IMG/VR virus record: IMGVR_UViG_3300033075_001196
Span: 32,001 to 96,000 of that record
DNA from: a virus
Taxonomy: Duplodnaviria; Caudoviricetes
Length of the DNA stretch: 64,000 nt
Reading direction: 5' to 3' (one strand)
Every line of letters begins with the position of its first letter. Position 1 is the first letter of the stretch. Shown here piece by piece: positions 49,615 through 59,599 of this stretch. The position numbers and the translations under genes are program-made. The notes beneath the pieces were generated by a model. It saw nothing but the letters and a program-made list of their open reading frames with translations, searched no databases and was not told the DNA's origin.

Positions 49615-50137
49615 TATTATAATTAATTAAATTTATTATTTTGTTCGAAATATCCTCAATTGAAACCTTCGCTGCAGTCTTATCTTTATTGTAGCTAGTA
49701 TCGCACATTGGCAATGTTTCATATACAATATTTAAGTTAGGATATAATATTTTTAATCTATTTGTTGCATCTTCTAATGCAGCCTTATAAATAGAATATT
49801 TAACTTGATTAATATTATCAAATGATTGCCTTGCTTTATTTACTGACCCTAAAGTGATTATAGTTTTTGTAGGATCATCTCCAAAACATTCACATACTGT
49901 AAATAATGTTTCCAATTGTCCATAACCATCTGCATATGAATTATTTATACAACCAATAATATTAATATTAGGCGTAGATTTAATAAGGGATGAAATTTTA
50001 TTTAAATTAGCTCGATCGGTTAGGTCAAATTGGGATCTATTAATTTCAATAACATCAATATTTAATTCTTTACAAATCTTAGCTAAGCCAGCCCCAATAT
50101 CTCTAGAAGTACCAGTAATTATTAATTTTTTATTCAT
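49607..50137 (-). CDS. Short SDR-like oxidoreductase
   Basis: ITG.SR.IG, INN, Y...K. Confidence 0.7.
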   Translation of the reverse strand: MNKKLIITGTSRDIGAGLAKICKELNIDVIEINRSQFDLTDRANLNKISSLIKSTPNINIIGCINNSYADGYGQLETLFTVCECFGDDPTKTIITLGSVNKARQSFDNINQVKYSIYKAALEDATNRLKILYPNLNIVYETLPMCDTSYNKDKTAAKVSIEDISNKIINLINYNNE

Positions 50138-50939
50138 TAATTCTTAATTTTAATTCATCTAAATTACAATTATAATACTTTAATATAGCTGGAATTAATT
50201 CTCTCCTTCTAAATTCATCATAATGGCATTTTTCTCCGAGTTCACCTTTAATCATTTCATTAACCATCATTTTATTTTGTGGTACAGATAATGGAAATAT
50301 ATTATATACTTCTGAAAATCCTAATTGGTAAAATATTCCCCATCTTCTAAAACATACAACACACTGTCCACACTTACCGTTTTCACCACTTAAACAAGAT
50401 GATGTTTGAATTAATTGTTCTTTAGTTACATATTCATGCTTTAAAGCCCATTCAATGACTTCAAATTTCCCAAATCCCATATCAGCAAATGGGAATCGTA
50501 ATGTTATATCTTTTTGTAAAACATATTGCATTAAATTATTCCATTTATCAAGAAACTTATAATTTTTATCTGTGCTTTTTTCATGAATTTCTCCTTGTAA
50601 AGCTCCCATCCATATTTCATCTGGTTGTTCTTGGCATGCAACCATTGTTGCCAGCAGAGCATTTCTTCCTGGAATTATGATATCTCCAGATAAACTGCCC
50701 TCTTTACCAATCAATTTTGAATTATTATCTAACCAATCGATTTTTTTAACTTCAACATCTACTCCAGAATCTTTAATAGATTGTAATTCTTTATTCAAAT
50801 AAGGTTGGCCTATATCATAAAAAATACACTTACAATTATAATTATTCTTATAATGATGTTTATATAATTGCCATAATAAAAAACTATCTAACCCACCGCT
50901 ATAGCAAATTATTATATTTCTTTTAATATCTGTTGCCAT
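50130..50939 (-). CDS. queC: 7-cyano-7-deazaguanine synthase-like
   Basis: SGGLDS, PGRN, SC......CG.C..C.RR. Confidence 0.85.
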   Translation of the reverse strand: MATDIKRNIIICYSGGLDSFLLWQLYKHHYKNNYNCKCIFYDIGQPYLNKELQSIKDSGVDVEVKKIDWLDNNSKLIGKEGSLSGDIIIPGRNALLATMVACQEQPDEIWMGALQGEIHEKSTDKNYKFLDKWNNLMQYVLQKDITLRFPFADMGFGKFEVIEWALKHEYVTKEQLIQTSSCLSGENGKCGQCVVCFRRWGIFYQLGFSEVYNIFPLSVPQNKMMVNEMIKGELGEKCHYDEFRRRELIPAILKYYNCNLDELKLRINE

Positions 50940-51448
50940 GTATATGCCCTTTTAACTTTAAAATGCTCAAATAATTTATTGAATTCTGTGTGAAATATAT
51001 ATGTATTAATGCAACCTTGTTCAGAACAATATTTCACATTATGTATATTATCATCGACATATATATTTGGATTATAATAATCTATATATTGATCTTTATT
51101 TTCATGTAAATTTAATATTTCTATTTTAAAATTAATTCCAAAAAAATGTCTATCTAAATTAATTTTTCTTGATTGCAAAAATTCTGAACCGCAGGATGTA
51201 ATTAATATAATATCATATTTTTTAGATATTATTTCCAATGATTCCCTTGCATCTTTAATTGGATTTAGTGATTTAAAATCATCTGATGAGTTAAACTCAG
51301 CGTATATTCCTTCATAAAATAATTCTCCAATATGGTCAGATCTTAAACTTATTGATGGCCCAGTATAATTTTTATGTATTCTGGCCCAAGTATCAAATCC
51401 ACCTGTCCAATCTAGTAATACATCATCTACATCTATTAGCGCATACAT
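50912..51448 (-). CDS. HAD-family 5'-nucleotidase-like
   Basis: DVDDVL, ITS, K, VDD. Confidence 0.75.
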   Translation of the reverse strand: MYALIDVDDVLLDWTGGFDTWARIHKNYTGPSISLRSDHIGELFYEGIYAEFNSSDDFKSLNPIKDARESLEIISKKYDIILITSCGSEFLQSRKINLDRHFFGINFKIEILNLHENKDQYIDYYNPNIYVDDNIHNVKYCSEQGCINTYIFHTEFNKLFEHFKVKRAYTWQQILKEI

Positions 51449-52074
51449 TATAAAGATTTAATAAAATCATAAAACTCTTCTCTTGCTGCTGGGTCGTTTT
51501 TGAACGCCCCACTAACCTTTGCCGTCTTCATGGTGCTATTATGCTTAACACCTCTAACACAAGCGCATAGGTGATCACAACTAATTACAACTGCTATTCC
51601 GCCATTTCCTTCACATACCTCATTTAAGTAATCATGAATCTGCATGGTTAAATTTTCCTGCACCTGTGGTCTTCTAGAAAACCATTCCACTACTCTATTC
51701 AATTTTGATAATCCAATTACCTTTGAACCTGGAAGATATGCAACATGAGCCTTTCCAATAAATGATAAGTTATGATGGGAACATATTGATTTAACATCTA
51801 TATTTCCTTGGAAAACAATACCATCATAATTATTAATATTTTCAAATGCAGTTATTTTTGGAGGTGTTGTATAACATCCTGATATTAAATCGTTGACAAA
51901 TGATTTTGCAACTCTTTTCGGAGTTTCTTTAGAATTTGGATCTTCTCTCCAATTTATTTTTAATGCATCTAAAAAATCACCATATGCTAATGCTGCGTTT
52001 TCTATTACGCGATTTTTTTCTTCGGTATTTAAATGAATATTATCATTTGCATACTTAAGTATTTTGTCTACCAT
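51448..52074 (-). CDS. folE: GTP cyclohydrolase I
   Basis: TP.RVAK, CSHH, GLSKL.R, QVQE, H.C...RG. Confidence 0.95.
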   Translation of the reverse strand: MVDKILKYANDNIHLNTEEKNRVIENAALAYGDFLDALKINWREDPNSKETPKRVAKSFVNDLISGCYTTPPKITAFENINNYDGIVFQGNIDVKSICSHHNLSFIGKAHVAYLPGSKVIGLSKLNRVVEWFSRRPQVQENLTMQIHDYLNEVCEGNGGIAVVISCDHLCACVRGVKHNSTMKTAKVSGAFKNDPAAREEFYDFIKSL

Positions 52075-52144
52075 TAATCTTATTTAATTATTTATATATT
52101 ATATTAATAAATAATTTTCAATTAACCAAATTTAATTTATAATA

Positions 52145-52609
52145 TTATTTTCCAGTACTACCAAATCCTCCTTCACCTCTTGCAGTATCAGATAATTCAT
52201 CAACCTGTTCAAAGGATATTGGCATTATTTCTTCTAAATATATTTGTCCTATTCTATCACCAATAGAATATGGAAAGTTACGGTACATCAGTGCTCCTGT
52301 CACATAATTGACTTCATCAGGTAGAACTTTGAATACGTATTTATAACTACCCCGATAATCTGAATCTCCAATACCTGGTGAATTTTGTTGTATAAGATCA
52401 GTTTTTGTTATTGATGATCTGGGTTGTAACATTACTCGGAATCTATCTGAGAATTCTAATGAAAATCCCAGATCAACTTCAAACCAATCCCTTCTTATTC
52501 TTGTAATGTTTGCAGCATATACGTCCCAAGCTCCAGGATGCTCTGAGCCTTTGGTTGGTAATTTTGCATTAGGATGGATTAATTTAATTTTTACTTGTAC
52601 TGGATTCAT
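52145..52609 (-). CDS. dut: Trimeric dUTPase
   Basis: PRSS, GIGDSDYRG, GDRIGQ, RGEGGFGSTG. Confidence 0.92.
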   Translation of the reverse strand: MNPVQVKIKLIHPNAKLPTKGSEHPGAWDVYAANITRIRRDWFEVDLGFSLEFSDRFRVMLQPRSSITKTDLIQQNSPGIGDSDYRGSYKYVFKVLPDEVNYVTGALMYRNFPYSIGDRIGQIYLEEIMPISFEQVDELSDTARGEGGFGSTGK

Positions 52610-54312
52610 ATTAATTTATTTATATTCTCTCTAACTTTTGTTAATGTTGTTTGATTATAAAATGTACCATCTTTGTATATACATTTCAACATATTTTCAT
52701 CTGAAAATGCCTTCTCTTCAGATACTTCTGGTTCTGTTTTTATTTCTCCATTTTCATCTCTATATACAAATTGAAATCCCTTTAATGATTTTTTAGTACC
52801 ATCATCTGTTACTGGATCTTTGTAAATGTTAAATGATTTCATATGCGGATCTTTAAAACACCCATCATTCCAACAATCTTCTTCACATCCCGCTTCACAT
52901 TTGCCAATCTCACAAGGTTCAGAAGTTTCAATTTCAAACCAAGCACCTTTAATGGCCATTCCGATTGTGTCTCTAGTATTGTATTGATATGTATAACTAC
53001 CAATGCCTAATACTATATTGGTTGCAGCAAATCCTTTCGCAGCTAGTCTTTTATATATTTCTACTTGTCTAGCAGGTGTAATACTGTCACCATATATTGC
53101 TCCAATATGTGGATCTAATACCTTATATCCTTGTTTATTGATAGTTCCTCCAAAAATATCCCAAAGAAGTTCTATTACTCCTTTAAATTCAGATTTATTA
53201 AATTCTTTACTTCTATTTACCATATAAATATCATCTCTAGAATCATGTTGTATTCTATAGATTTTACCATGTTCTACACAAAATCTAAACCCTTCTTCAT
53301 AGGCAGGCCTTAAAATATTATTTCCAAAATCCCCAATATAATTACTTATATCAGGTAATTTTGATTTAGTACCACAAATAATATCGACTGGATCACCGCT
53401 ATCAGGTCTGATTACCAACTTACCATCCCTGGCCATAATAGCTTCTTTATTAGCTGGCAAATATTCAGTGATAAGCTTCCATAAATCAAATGTATCGCTT
53501 ACAATTGATAAGATTCCTTTATCAAATATTTTAAGCCAATCAGCGATCATTTGTTGTTCACCAACTGTAAATATTTTAGTTGTACTAACTGAATGTTCCG
53601 ATGCATTAACTGAGTTAATACATACTTGATCATCTGGTTCACCATAATAATATCTTGCAGCTGGAATAGTTACTAAAGTATCAGATCCTCTAAAACTAGT
53701 AGCATGAGACAACCCAACTGTTATTTGATCATGTGGGTTCAATCCTCTGGCGGAGAAATCGTGGCACATAAAATCAACTAACCATAAATTATCCGGGTCA
53801 GTTTTCGTCACCCATTCAATTGCATTTCTTTTATAAGCTAATGCTATAGTTGAAGAAACTGGCGCCTTCCATCTAACAGATGATAATATGGTTTCCAAAT
53901 ATAATGTTAACCAAGCAAATCCAGGTACTGTATTAATAAATACAAGGTGTGGAATATTTGCATTGGTTTCAATTCCTTCCTCTAGAGAACAGTATTGCAT
54001 TGGCAGATACTGCAAATCATGGAGTTGTGAGAAATGATTTCCGGAATATTCTAATCCTAAATATAAAGCCATATCTTTAACAAATATTAATGCTTCTTCT
54101 TTAGGTCGTTGAAAGAATGATTCTTCAAATAAATCATGTAACCATCTTATTGCAAATTGTTGCCCAAATGAAACAACCTTATCTGTAATTGGTAAATACT
54201 TTAAACTCCTAGGTATTTCAGTACCATATAGTCGGGTTGTTCCTGGAGCTAGCATCTTTTTATGGCCTATTTTATAGCCATCTGTGTAATATAACGCGTT
54301 TGGTTTAAACAT
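52606..54312 (-). CDS. Nampt-like protein (candidate Namat of NARP1)
   Basis: TDGYK..H, HDFSARG, ASEHS, VSDTFD, IRPDSGDP, YGDSIT, GIGS, KKS.KG. Confidence 0.88.
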   Translation of the reverse strand: MFKPNALYYTDGYKIGHKKMLAPGTTRLYGTEIPRSLKYLPITDKVVSFGQQFAIRWLHDLFEESFFQRPKEEALIFVKDMALYLGLEYSGNHFSQLHDLQYLPMQYCSLEEGIETNANIPHLVFINTVPGFAWLTLYLETILSSVRWKAPVSSTIALAYKRNAIEWVTKTDPDNLWLVDFMCHDFSARGLNPHDQITVGLSHATSFRGSDTLVTIPAARYYYGEPDDQVCINSVNASEHSVSTTKIFTVGEQQMIADWLKIFDKGILSIVSDTFDLWKLITEYLPANKEAIMARDGKLVIRPDSGDPVDIICGTKSKLPDISNYIGDFGNNILRPAYEEGFRFCVEHGKIYRIQHDSRDDIYMVNRSKEFNKSEFKGVIELLWDIFGGTINKQGYKVLDPHIGAIYGDSITPARQVEIYKRLAAKGFAATNIVLGIGSYTYQYNTRDTIGMAIKGAWFEIETSEPCEIGKCEAGCEEDCWNDGCFKDPHMKSFNIYKDPVTDDGTKKSLKGFQFVYRDENGEIKTEPEVSEEKAFSDENMLKCIYKDGTFYNQTTLTKVRENINKLI

Positions 54313-54316
54313 ATTT

Positions 54317-55189
54317 TTAAAATTCTATAATTACTGTTAAATTTTTTGGTTTCTCCGAAGTTTTTGTATTAATATAATCTAGACCTTTTGAGTTAGTTGT
54401 ATACACACGATCGAATAATTCAAATAATTCAGGATCGGGATTGGGAATTGTCATATGACTAAATGCACAATACAACTTTCCAACATTTCTGCTTTTAAGT
54501 AACTTAGCTAATCCTATAACACTTCGACCACCAATACAAATATCATCAATAATCAACACATCTTTTCCTTGTAAATCTTGTTCATTTAATATTTGTGTCA
54601 ATTTGCTTTCATTATTTTCATAGGTTCTGGATTTTGAGGCTGATATTAATTGGCCTTTCCATTTTAGTTTATCACAAATTTTAGTAATCCATTTATAAGC
54701 TCCTGCATCTGGAGCTAATATGATTAAGTTATCTTTAATTCTACTATCGTAATATGTGCCGTGTAATGTCACATCAAATGAGTCATTTAGTAAAACTGGA
54801 TATCTGTCTAAATCATTTTTTTTAATATCCCACAATACATTCAAAATAAATGAATAGTTATCGACAATTTCTACGTTATCAATTAATGATTCCACTACCT
54901 CTGCATTATGTGGGTGAAATATTTTGAAATGAGCCTTTAAAGAATTTAAATGTTTGCATATTAATTTCAATCCAGGTGATTGATTTGATTCAAATCGTTT
55001 ATCTGCTTGGCCATCTAGTAAGCATGGAATTATGATATTGGGTTTCTCACCATTATGATTTGCAGCGTCTACATATTGTGTTAGATGCCATAAATCTTCA
55101 TATGAATTGATTCTAAATTTCTGATAGAAATTATATGTTGGTTCCCATTCTACATATGCTGAACCGTCTGGATATTTGTGTATTTTCAT
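54317..55189 (-). CDS. Prs-like pyrophosphokinase (candidate Adps of NARP1)
   Basis: YPDG, Q.D.RF, HPH, APDAGA, IIDDIC.GG.S. Confidence 0.85.
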   Translation of the reverse strand: MKIHKYPDGSAYVEWEPTYNFYQKFRINSYEDLWHLTQYVDAANHNGEKPNIIIPCLLDGQADKRFESNQSPGLKLICKHLNSLKAHFKIFHPHNAEVVESLIDNVEIVDNYSFILNVLWDIKKNDLDRYPVLLNDSFDVTLHGTYYDSRIKDNLIILAPDAGAYKWITKICDKLKWKGQLISASKSRTYENNESKLTQILNEQDLQGKDVLIIDDICIGGRSVIGLAKLLKSRNVGKLYCAFSHMTIPNPDPELFELFDRVYTTNSKGLDYINTKTSEKPKNLTVIIEF

Positions 55190-56370
55190 TTTTTATTCAT
55201 GATTTTTTGTAAATTTATTTATTTTTTATATTTCTTTGAAAACATCACCTTGCATAAATCCATGAACATATGCCCGGCGTTCTGATTCTTCATCAACAAA
55301 AGGAAATAATGTCATGGCATTACCAATGGCCTGTTGGACTACAGGATCTGTATAATCATATTCAACAAGGCTGGGTATGGTATATTGTGGCTTCATCTTT
55401 TCTCTAATCTATATTTTTTAACCAATATTTCCAAATTTTCCAACGAAACATATATCCATAAAAACTTATCATATTTAAGGCCCAAAGTGCAAGATCCAAT
55501 TTCACCAATTGGTTCACTCCAGGGTTGTCCTTTATTATATTCAAATCTATTACAGACTGTATTATGAGTTTTTCTTGTTAGATAAGTATCAATCCATTCT
55601 TTAGGAGTTATTGTTGAATCTAAAGTTCTGGCATATCTATCATTTTTAACATCACATATTGATTTTATAGATAAGTTTAGAGCATCATTGTATAGGTTTT
55701 TTAACAATAATATATCCAAATGTTTTGTTGAATACCAACCATTCCAATTTTTCATATTACAATTATTGAATTTGGATTAGATATAGTACTAATATGGTCT
55801 GAATTTATTTCCTGAACTTTAATTTTACAAACCAGACTCCACCATTTTTTTGGATCCACTCCGGGTCTTACAACCTTCCAGCGAAAATCATCAATAGATA
55901 TTATTGTTCCTAGCGTGACATATCCACTCTTATTGAAAGCCACTCTAAGACCCGGTTCTAATAAAACTCCTGAATTGTCCCTAGGAATATTTTCTGGAGG
56001 AAATTCTTGGTGTATTGATGTGTTCATATAATTTACTTTTTATGAGTGTTCCATGTAGATTTAATCTTCTTTATATATCCATGTTGAGCAACCTTTTCAT
56101 CAGAATCATATTGATCATACAAAAATGGTTTTTGTTTTAAAACTGATCTTAATGATCTATGCACATCATTACCATTATTAAATAATTTTGATGATGGTGA
56201 TGCATCAATAAATGCACCATCTAATCTATTCCAATATATTAAAGATTGATAAGGATATTCATTTCCAAAAGATAATTTTATTTCAACAGTATCTCCTGGA
56301 TATAATCTATTACCAAAATCATCCTTACAAAGATAATATCTTTTTTTAAATTGTCTTATGTTCATACGAT

Positions 56371-56796
56371 TTAATATAAATTTGATTTTCTGATTATATC
56401 CCAAGTAGAAATGTTTGTGATATAAATAATTTTAGTTTCAATATCTGGCATTAAATACGTTGCCCGTATTTTAAATTTAAATTTAGCATTAAATTCTTGT
56501 TCGAATACAGACATCAATGCCACACCACGGGGAGTGTCTAAAATTTTAACATCTCCATAAATTCCATCTTCTTGAATATTAAGGTTGGTAATTATATGGG
56601 AAACATTCCTCAGATCTATTATTGAAATCATAGGTATTATATAATCGTCATCTAATAATTCACCTATCAATTGTCCTTTATTAGCTAATATATTACATTC
56701 ATCTATTAATGATTGAATATTAGATTTGTCAACACTAGGCCAAATAACATTTTTAAAATCTGTCAGTTTTATATTTTCAAGTTTCATCTGGTTCAA
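56371..56796 (-). CDS. Prohead protease (T4 gp21)-like protein, apparently catalytically dead
   Basis: GEL, IDL.NVSH.I..L, G...ILDTP.G; lacks the HP and SSRG motifs. Confidence 0.6.
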   Translation of the reverse strand: MNQMKLENIKLTDFKNVIWPSVDKSNIQSLIDECNILANKGQLIGELLDDDYIIPMISIIDLRNVSHIITNLNIQEDGIYGDVKILDTPRGVALMSVFEQEFNAKFKFKIRATYLMPDIETKIIYITNISTWDIIRKSNLY

Positions 56797-57207
56797 ATTT
56801 AGCCTTCAATCTTAAATACAATTCCTTTTGTTTTGATTCTTCCAACCTTTCTTTTTTATATATTTCTGACTGCCTTTCGGCATATTGGTCATCAGTTTCT
56901 ATTGTATATCTTCCAACTTGAATTATAAAATACCATACAAGTCTTGGTGGATCAAATGGATCATCATCCCACATTCTAGCTCCTTCTTCCTGAGTCCAAC
57001 CCATTTGTGATATTTCATCTGTTGGTAATAATTTACCTGATGACAATAAGGCTGATAATCCATTATTAAAAACTTCAATTGTTATACCTTCTTTATAATC
57101 ATAACCACCAAGCATTTTAATATTATGGAATGTAAATACTTTGATTTTATTTTTTGAGCTTTGATCATAACCAGTTGTCGATAGCTCAAAATCTATAACA
57201 TTTCGGC

Positions 57208-57669
57208 TCATACTTCAAATAATTCTGAATTTAGCATGACTCTGGCAAAATTAACATTACTATCAATTTTATTTTTATGATATCGGTGAAATCCTGGTCT
57301 TGCTCTTAACGGATGAATTAATCTATCAGCAATTCTTTCCCGAATAATATTAGAAGACTCTAGAGTAGGCTTCCAATCACCCTTTAATTCGCTTGGAAAC
57401 TCCCCTAGGTCAATTTTTGTGGAATGCCTTATATTTCTATTACCCAATTCTTTATTCACTGCCAGAAGGCGTCTATTTAAGTAATATAACTTATTCTTAA
57501 AGAAGTTTATATGACCTTTTCCAATATTAAATACTTCTGGGATTTCAGATTTAATTTGATATCCATTTTTTCTTAATCCTCCAGTAATCATTGTAATTTC
57601 TACAGATTCAGCAATCAAATGCTGATCGGATAGATATACTGGATTAATACCTATATTCACTCTTGCCAT
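57208..57669 (-). CDS. denV: Pyrimidine dimer DNA glycosylase (endonuclease V)
   Basis: M.RVN, L.DQHL.AE..E, G.GH..FF..KL.YL..R. Confidence 0.85.
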   Translation of the reverse strand: MARVNIGINPVYLSDQHLIAESVEITMITGGLRKNGYQIKSEIPEVFNIGKGHINFFKNKLYYLNRRLLAVNKELGNRNIRHSTKIDLGEFPSELKGDWKPTLESSNIIRERIADRLIHPLRARPGFHRYHKNKIDSNVNFARVMLNSELFEV

Positions 57670-57689
57670 TTTAAATTGATTTTAAACCA

Positions 57690-57722
57690 TAAAGATAATA
57701 TAAATTATTTAATATGACCAAA
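57690..57722 (-). promoter_or_regulatory. Bacteroidota-type promoter motif
   Basis: TTTG-N21-TATCTTTA. Confidence 0.6.
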
Positions 57723-57747
57723 TTTTTAAAAATTTATTCCATTTCAT

Positions 57748-58089
57748 CTAGCAGACTTTAAGGGTTATCAAATCCTTACATGCTTGTATTGTCTTACAAT
57801 CAGACAAACGATAATGAGTGCCTTGTATATGAGACCAACGATGCGTTAGATTCATATGTTGATTATCAATAGCGCAACAATAATAGAAGGGAGATTGTGA
57901 ATTTTGCCAAATCCTTCCGATGGAAATATCATTTTTATAAACCTCTATTGATTCAGAAGCTACACCATTAATTCTAAAATCTGGATTTACCTTGTGCTTA
58001 TATATTATTTCATCAGTTAAAAATCCATTAATTAATGGATACATTAATCCTGCAATTGCAATCGACGATACAAAATTCCTTCTATTCAT
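57748..58089 (-). CDS. Hypothetical protein with a twin-arginine-like N-terminus
   Basis: MNRRNFV plus hydrophobic stretch. Confidence 0.5.
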   Translation of the reverse strand: MNRRNFVSSIAIAGLMYPLINGFLTDEIIYKHKVNPDFRINGVASESIEVYKNDISIGRIWQNSQSPFYYCCAIDNQHMNLTHRWSHIQGTHYRLSDCKTIQACKDLITLKVC

Positions 58090-58094
58090 ATTAA

Positions 58095-58613
58095 TTATAA
58101 TTTAATTTTAAAACCTCGATCTCTTAAATATAATAATGCCTCAGCATTACCTTTGGCATCATCTACTGGATGATGGGTATGAGATGTCTTTCTATGTTTC
58201 TTCCATTTATAATGAGAATCATTCATAAACCCACAATATAAATCTCCTATTCTTCTACTTGACCAACCAAATGGATTCCTTCCATAAAACATATGAAAAT
58301 AATAATTAATAAATGCAAAATCATATGAATTATTATCTGAAATGAATATTGGTTGGCCTGGAATATTATGATTTATCCACTCAGCAAATTTATTCATTAT
58401 AATAGTAGGATCATCAAATTTTAAATGCTGGTCTCTTGTAATTCCAGATATATCTAATGAGTCTGGATCCCATTTATCTGAAATGGGTTTTACTTCACCA
58501 TAAAATGTCTTATCTAATTGATTATCAACGATTACAGCACCAAAACATACCATACTATATGGTCCGGGAATTGGCCCATCCGATTCAACATCTACAACTA
58601 TATATTTGGCCAT
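58095..58613 (-). CDS. DEDDh 3'-5' exonuclease (second DUF5051-like paralog)
   Basis: DVESDGP, YD, H..VDDA. Confidence 0.85.
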   Translation of the reverse strand: MAKYIVVDVESDGPIPGPYSMVCFGAVIVDNQLDKTFYGEVKPISDKWDPDSLDISGITRDQHLKFDDPTIIMNKFAEWINHNIPGQPIFISDNNSYDFAFINYYFHMFYGRNPFGWSSRRIGDLYCGFMNDSHYKWKKHRKTSHTHHPVDDAKGNAEALLYLRDRGFKIKL

Positions 58614-58651
58614 AACTTATTGATTATGAATGATTTTTAAATTTCATGTCA

Positions 58652-58683
58652 TAAAGGTATAAATTAAATTTCAATTGACCAAA
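58652..58683 (-). promoter_or_regulatory. Bacteroidota-type promoter motif
   Basis: TTTG-N20-TACCTTTA. Confidence 0.68.
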
Positions 58684-58691
58684 TTTAACAT

Positions 58692-58720
58692 AAAAAAAGG
58701 AGATATTTCTATCCCCCTTT
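58692..58720 (-). terminator. Intrinsic terminator
   Basis: GGGGGAUA-GAAA-UAUCUCCU hairpin plus U-tract after the histone-like gene. Confidence 0.75.
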
Positions 58721-58741
58721 CTTTGCATTCTCATAATATTA

Positions 58742-58933
58742 TTAGGCCTTTGCAGCTTTTCTAGCATTCTTTTCAGCCTGGACTTCAACGCGTACCTCCT
58801 GCGCTAATTTCTTAATACTTTGCATGGCAGCTCTTACTCTACCTCCTGCAGCATTATTGCCCTCGAAAAACTTTACTACATCACCTTCACAGTCGGTGAC
58901 TAACTGTTTGATTGCTTCAAAATTTGAATTCAT
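58742..58933 (-). CDS. Histone H1-like (Hc1-type) small basic protein, 63 aa
   Basis: KF..GN.AAG.R.R..MQ.IK..AQ.VR; ATG at 58933. Confidence 0.75.
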   Translation of the reverse strand: MNSNFEAIKQLVTDCEGDVVKFFEGNNAAGGRVRAAMQSIKKLAQEVRVEVQAEKNARKAAKA

Positions 58934-58991
58934 TTGAAATTGATTTAAAAATGTTAATAAATAATTTTTATATAATAAATATAGTTTTGGA

Positions 58992-59546
58992 TTAGATTTT
59001 TTGTAATAACGTAAATGAAAGCGGTTCGGCTCCTGATCCTCTTGACCATCTTCCTCTAAATAAATAGAACCAAGCCCCCTCACTTCCGTTTATTAAATCT
59101 TTTGCACACATATATGAGTGATATCCATATTCATTTTTATTTTGCAAATCTTCCAAAGTCTTTAAAGACGAAACTTTGTAATATTTTAAACATTCTTTGA
59201 CTGTTTTAAATGCAATTTTTCCATTCTTTTTAAACTGGTCTCCATATTTAGTAGAATCATCAGTTATTCCCAAAAATTCATATATACCTGCTCCTTGGTT
59301 GTGTTGGTTATATGATCCCATAAAAATATCGCCCGGTTTTAATTCAGTTGATTTTATAGATTTAATTGCTTTAAAATTTCCTTTTTTAGTGCGTATAATT
59401 TCCCCACCTTTAGCTGCATCAACCGCTGCGAGTGCACCCGGAGTTTTCATGAAACCAGAAGTCATGGAATCCAAATCTGGGGCTTCTTTAATTAATTTCC
59501 TAACGTACTCTTTTACTAATTTTCTTTGTTTGGTTGTTAGTTTCAT
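58992..59546 (-). CDS. Hypothetical protein, possible internal virion protein
   Basis: LVKEYVRKLIKE N-terminus. Confidence 0.55.
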   Translation of the reverse strand: MKLTTKQRKLVKEYVRKLIKEAPDLDSMTSGFMKTPGALAAVDAAKGGEIIRTKKGNFKAIKSIKSTELKPGDIFMGSYNQHNQGAGIYEFLGITDDSTKYGDQFKKNGKIAFKTVKECLKYYKVSSLKTLEDLQNKNEYGYHSYMCAKDLINGSEGAWFYLFRGRWSRGSGAEPLSFTLLQKI

Positions 59547-59599
59547 TTTATTCCTATTTTAATATAAATATAAACCAAAAAAATAATAAATATAGTTTT

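Noticed and set aside
58934-59083. N-terminal 50 aa of the 113-aa ORF
   Set aside because: Overlaps the upstream gene; Hc1-like similarity starts at the ATG at 58933
682-59562. Plus-strand ORFs in the track
   Set aside because: They are short, lie antisense to well-supported minus-strand genes and show no recognisable motifs; treated as shadow ORFs
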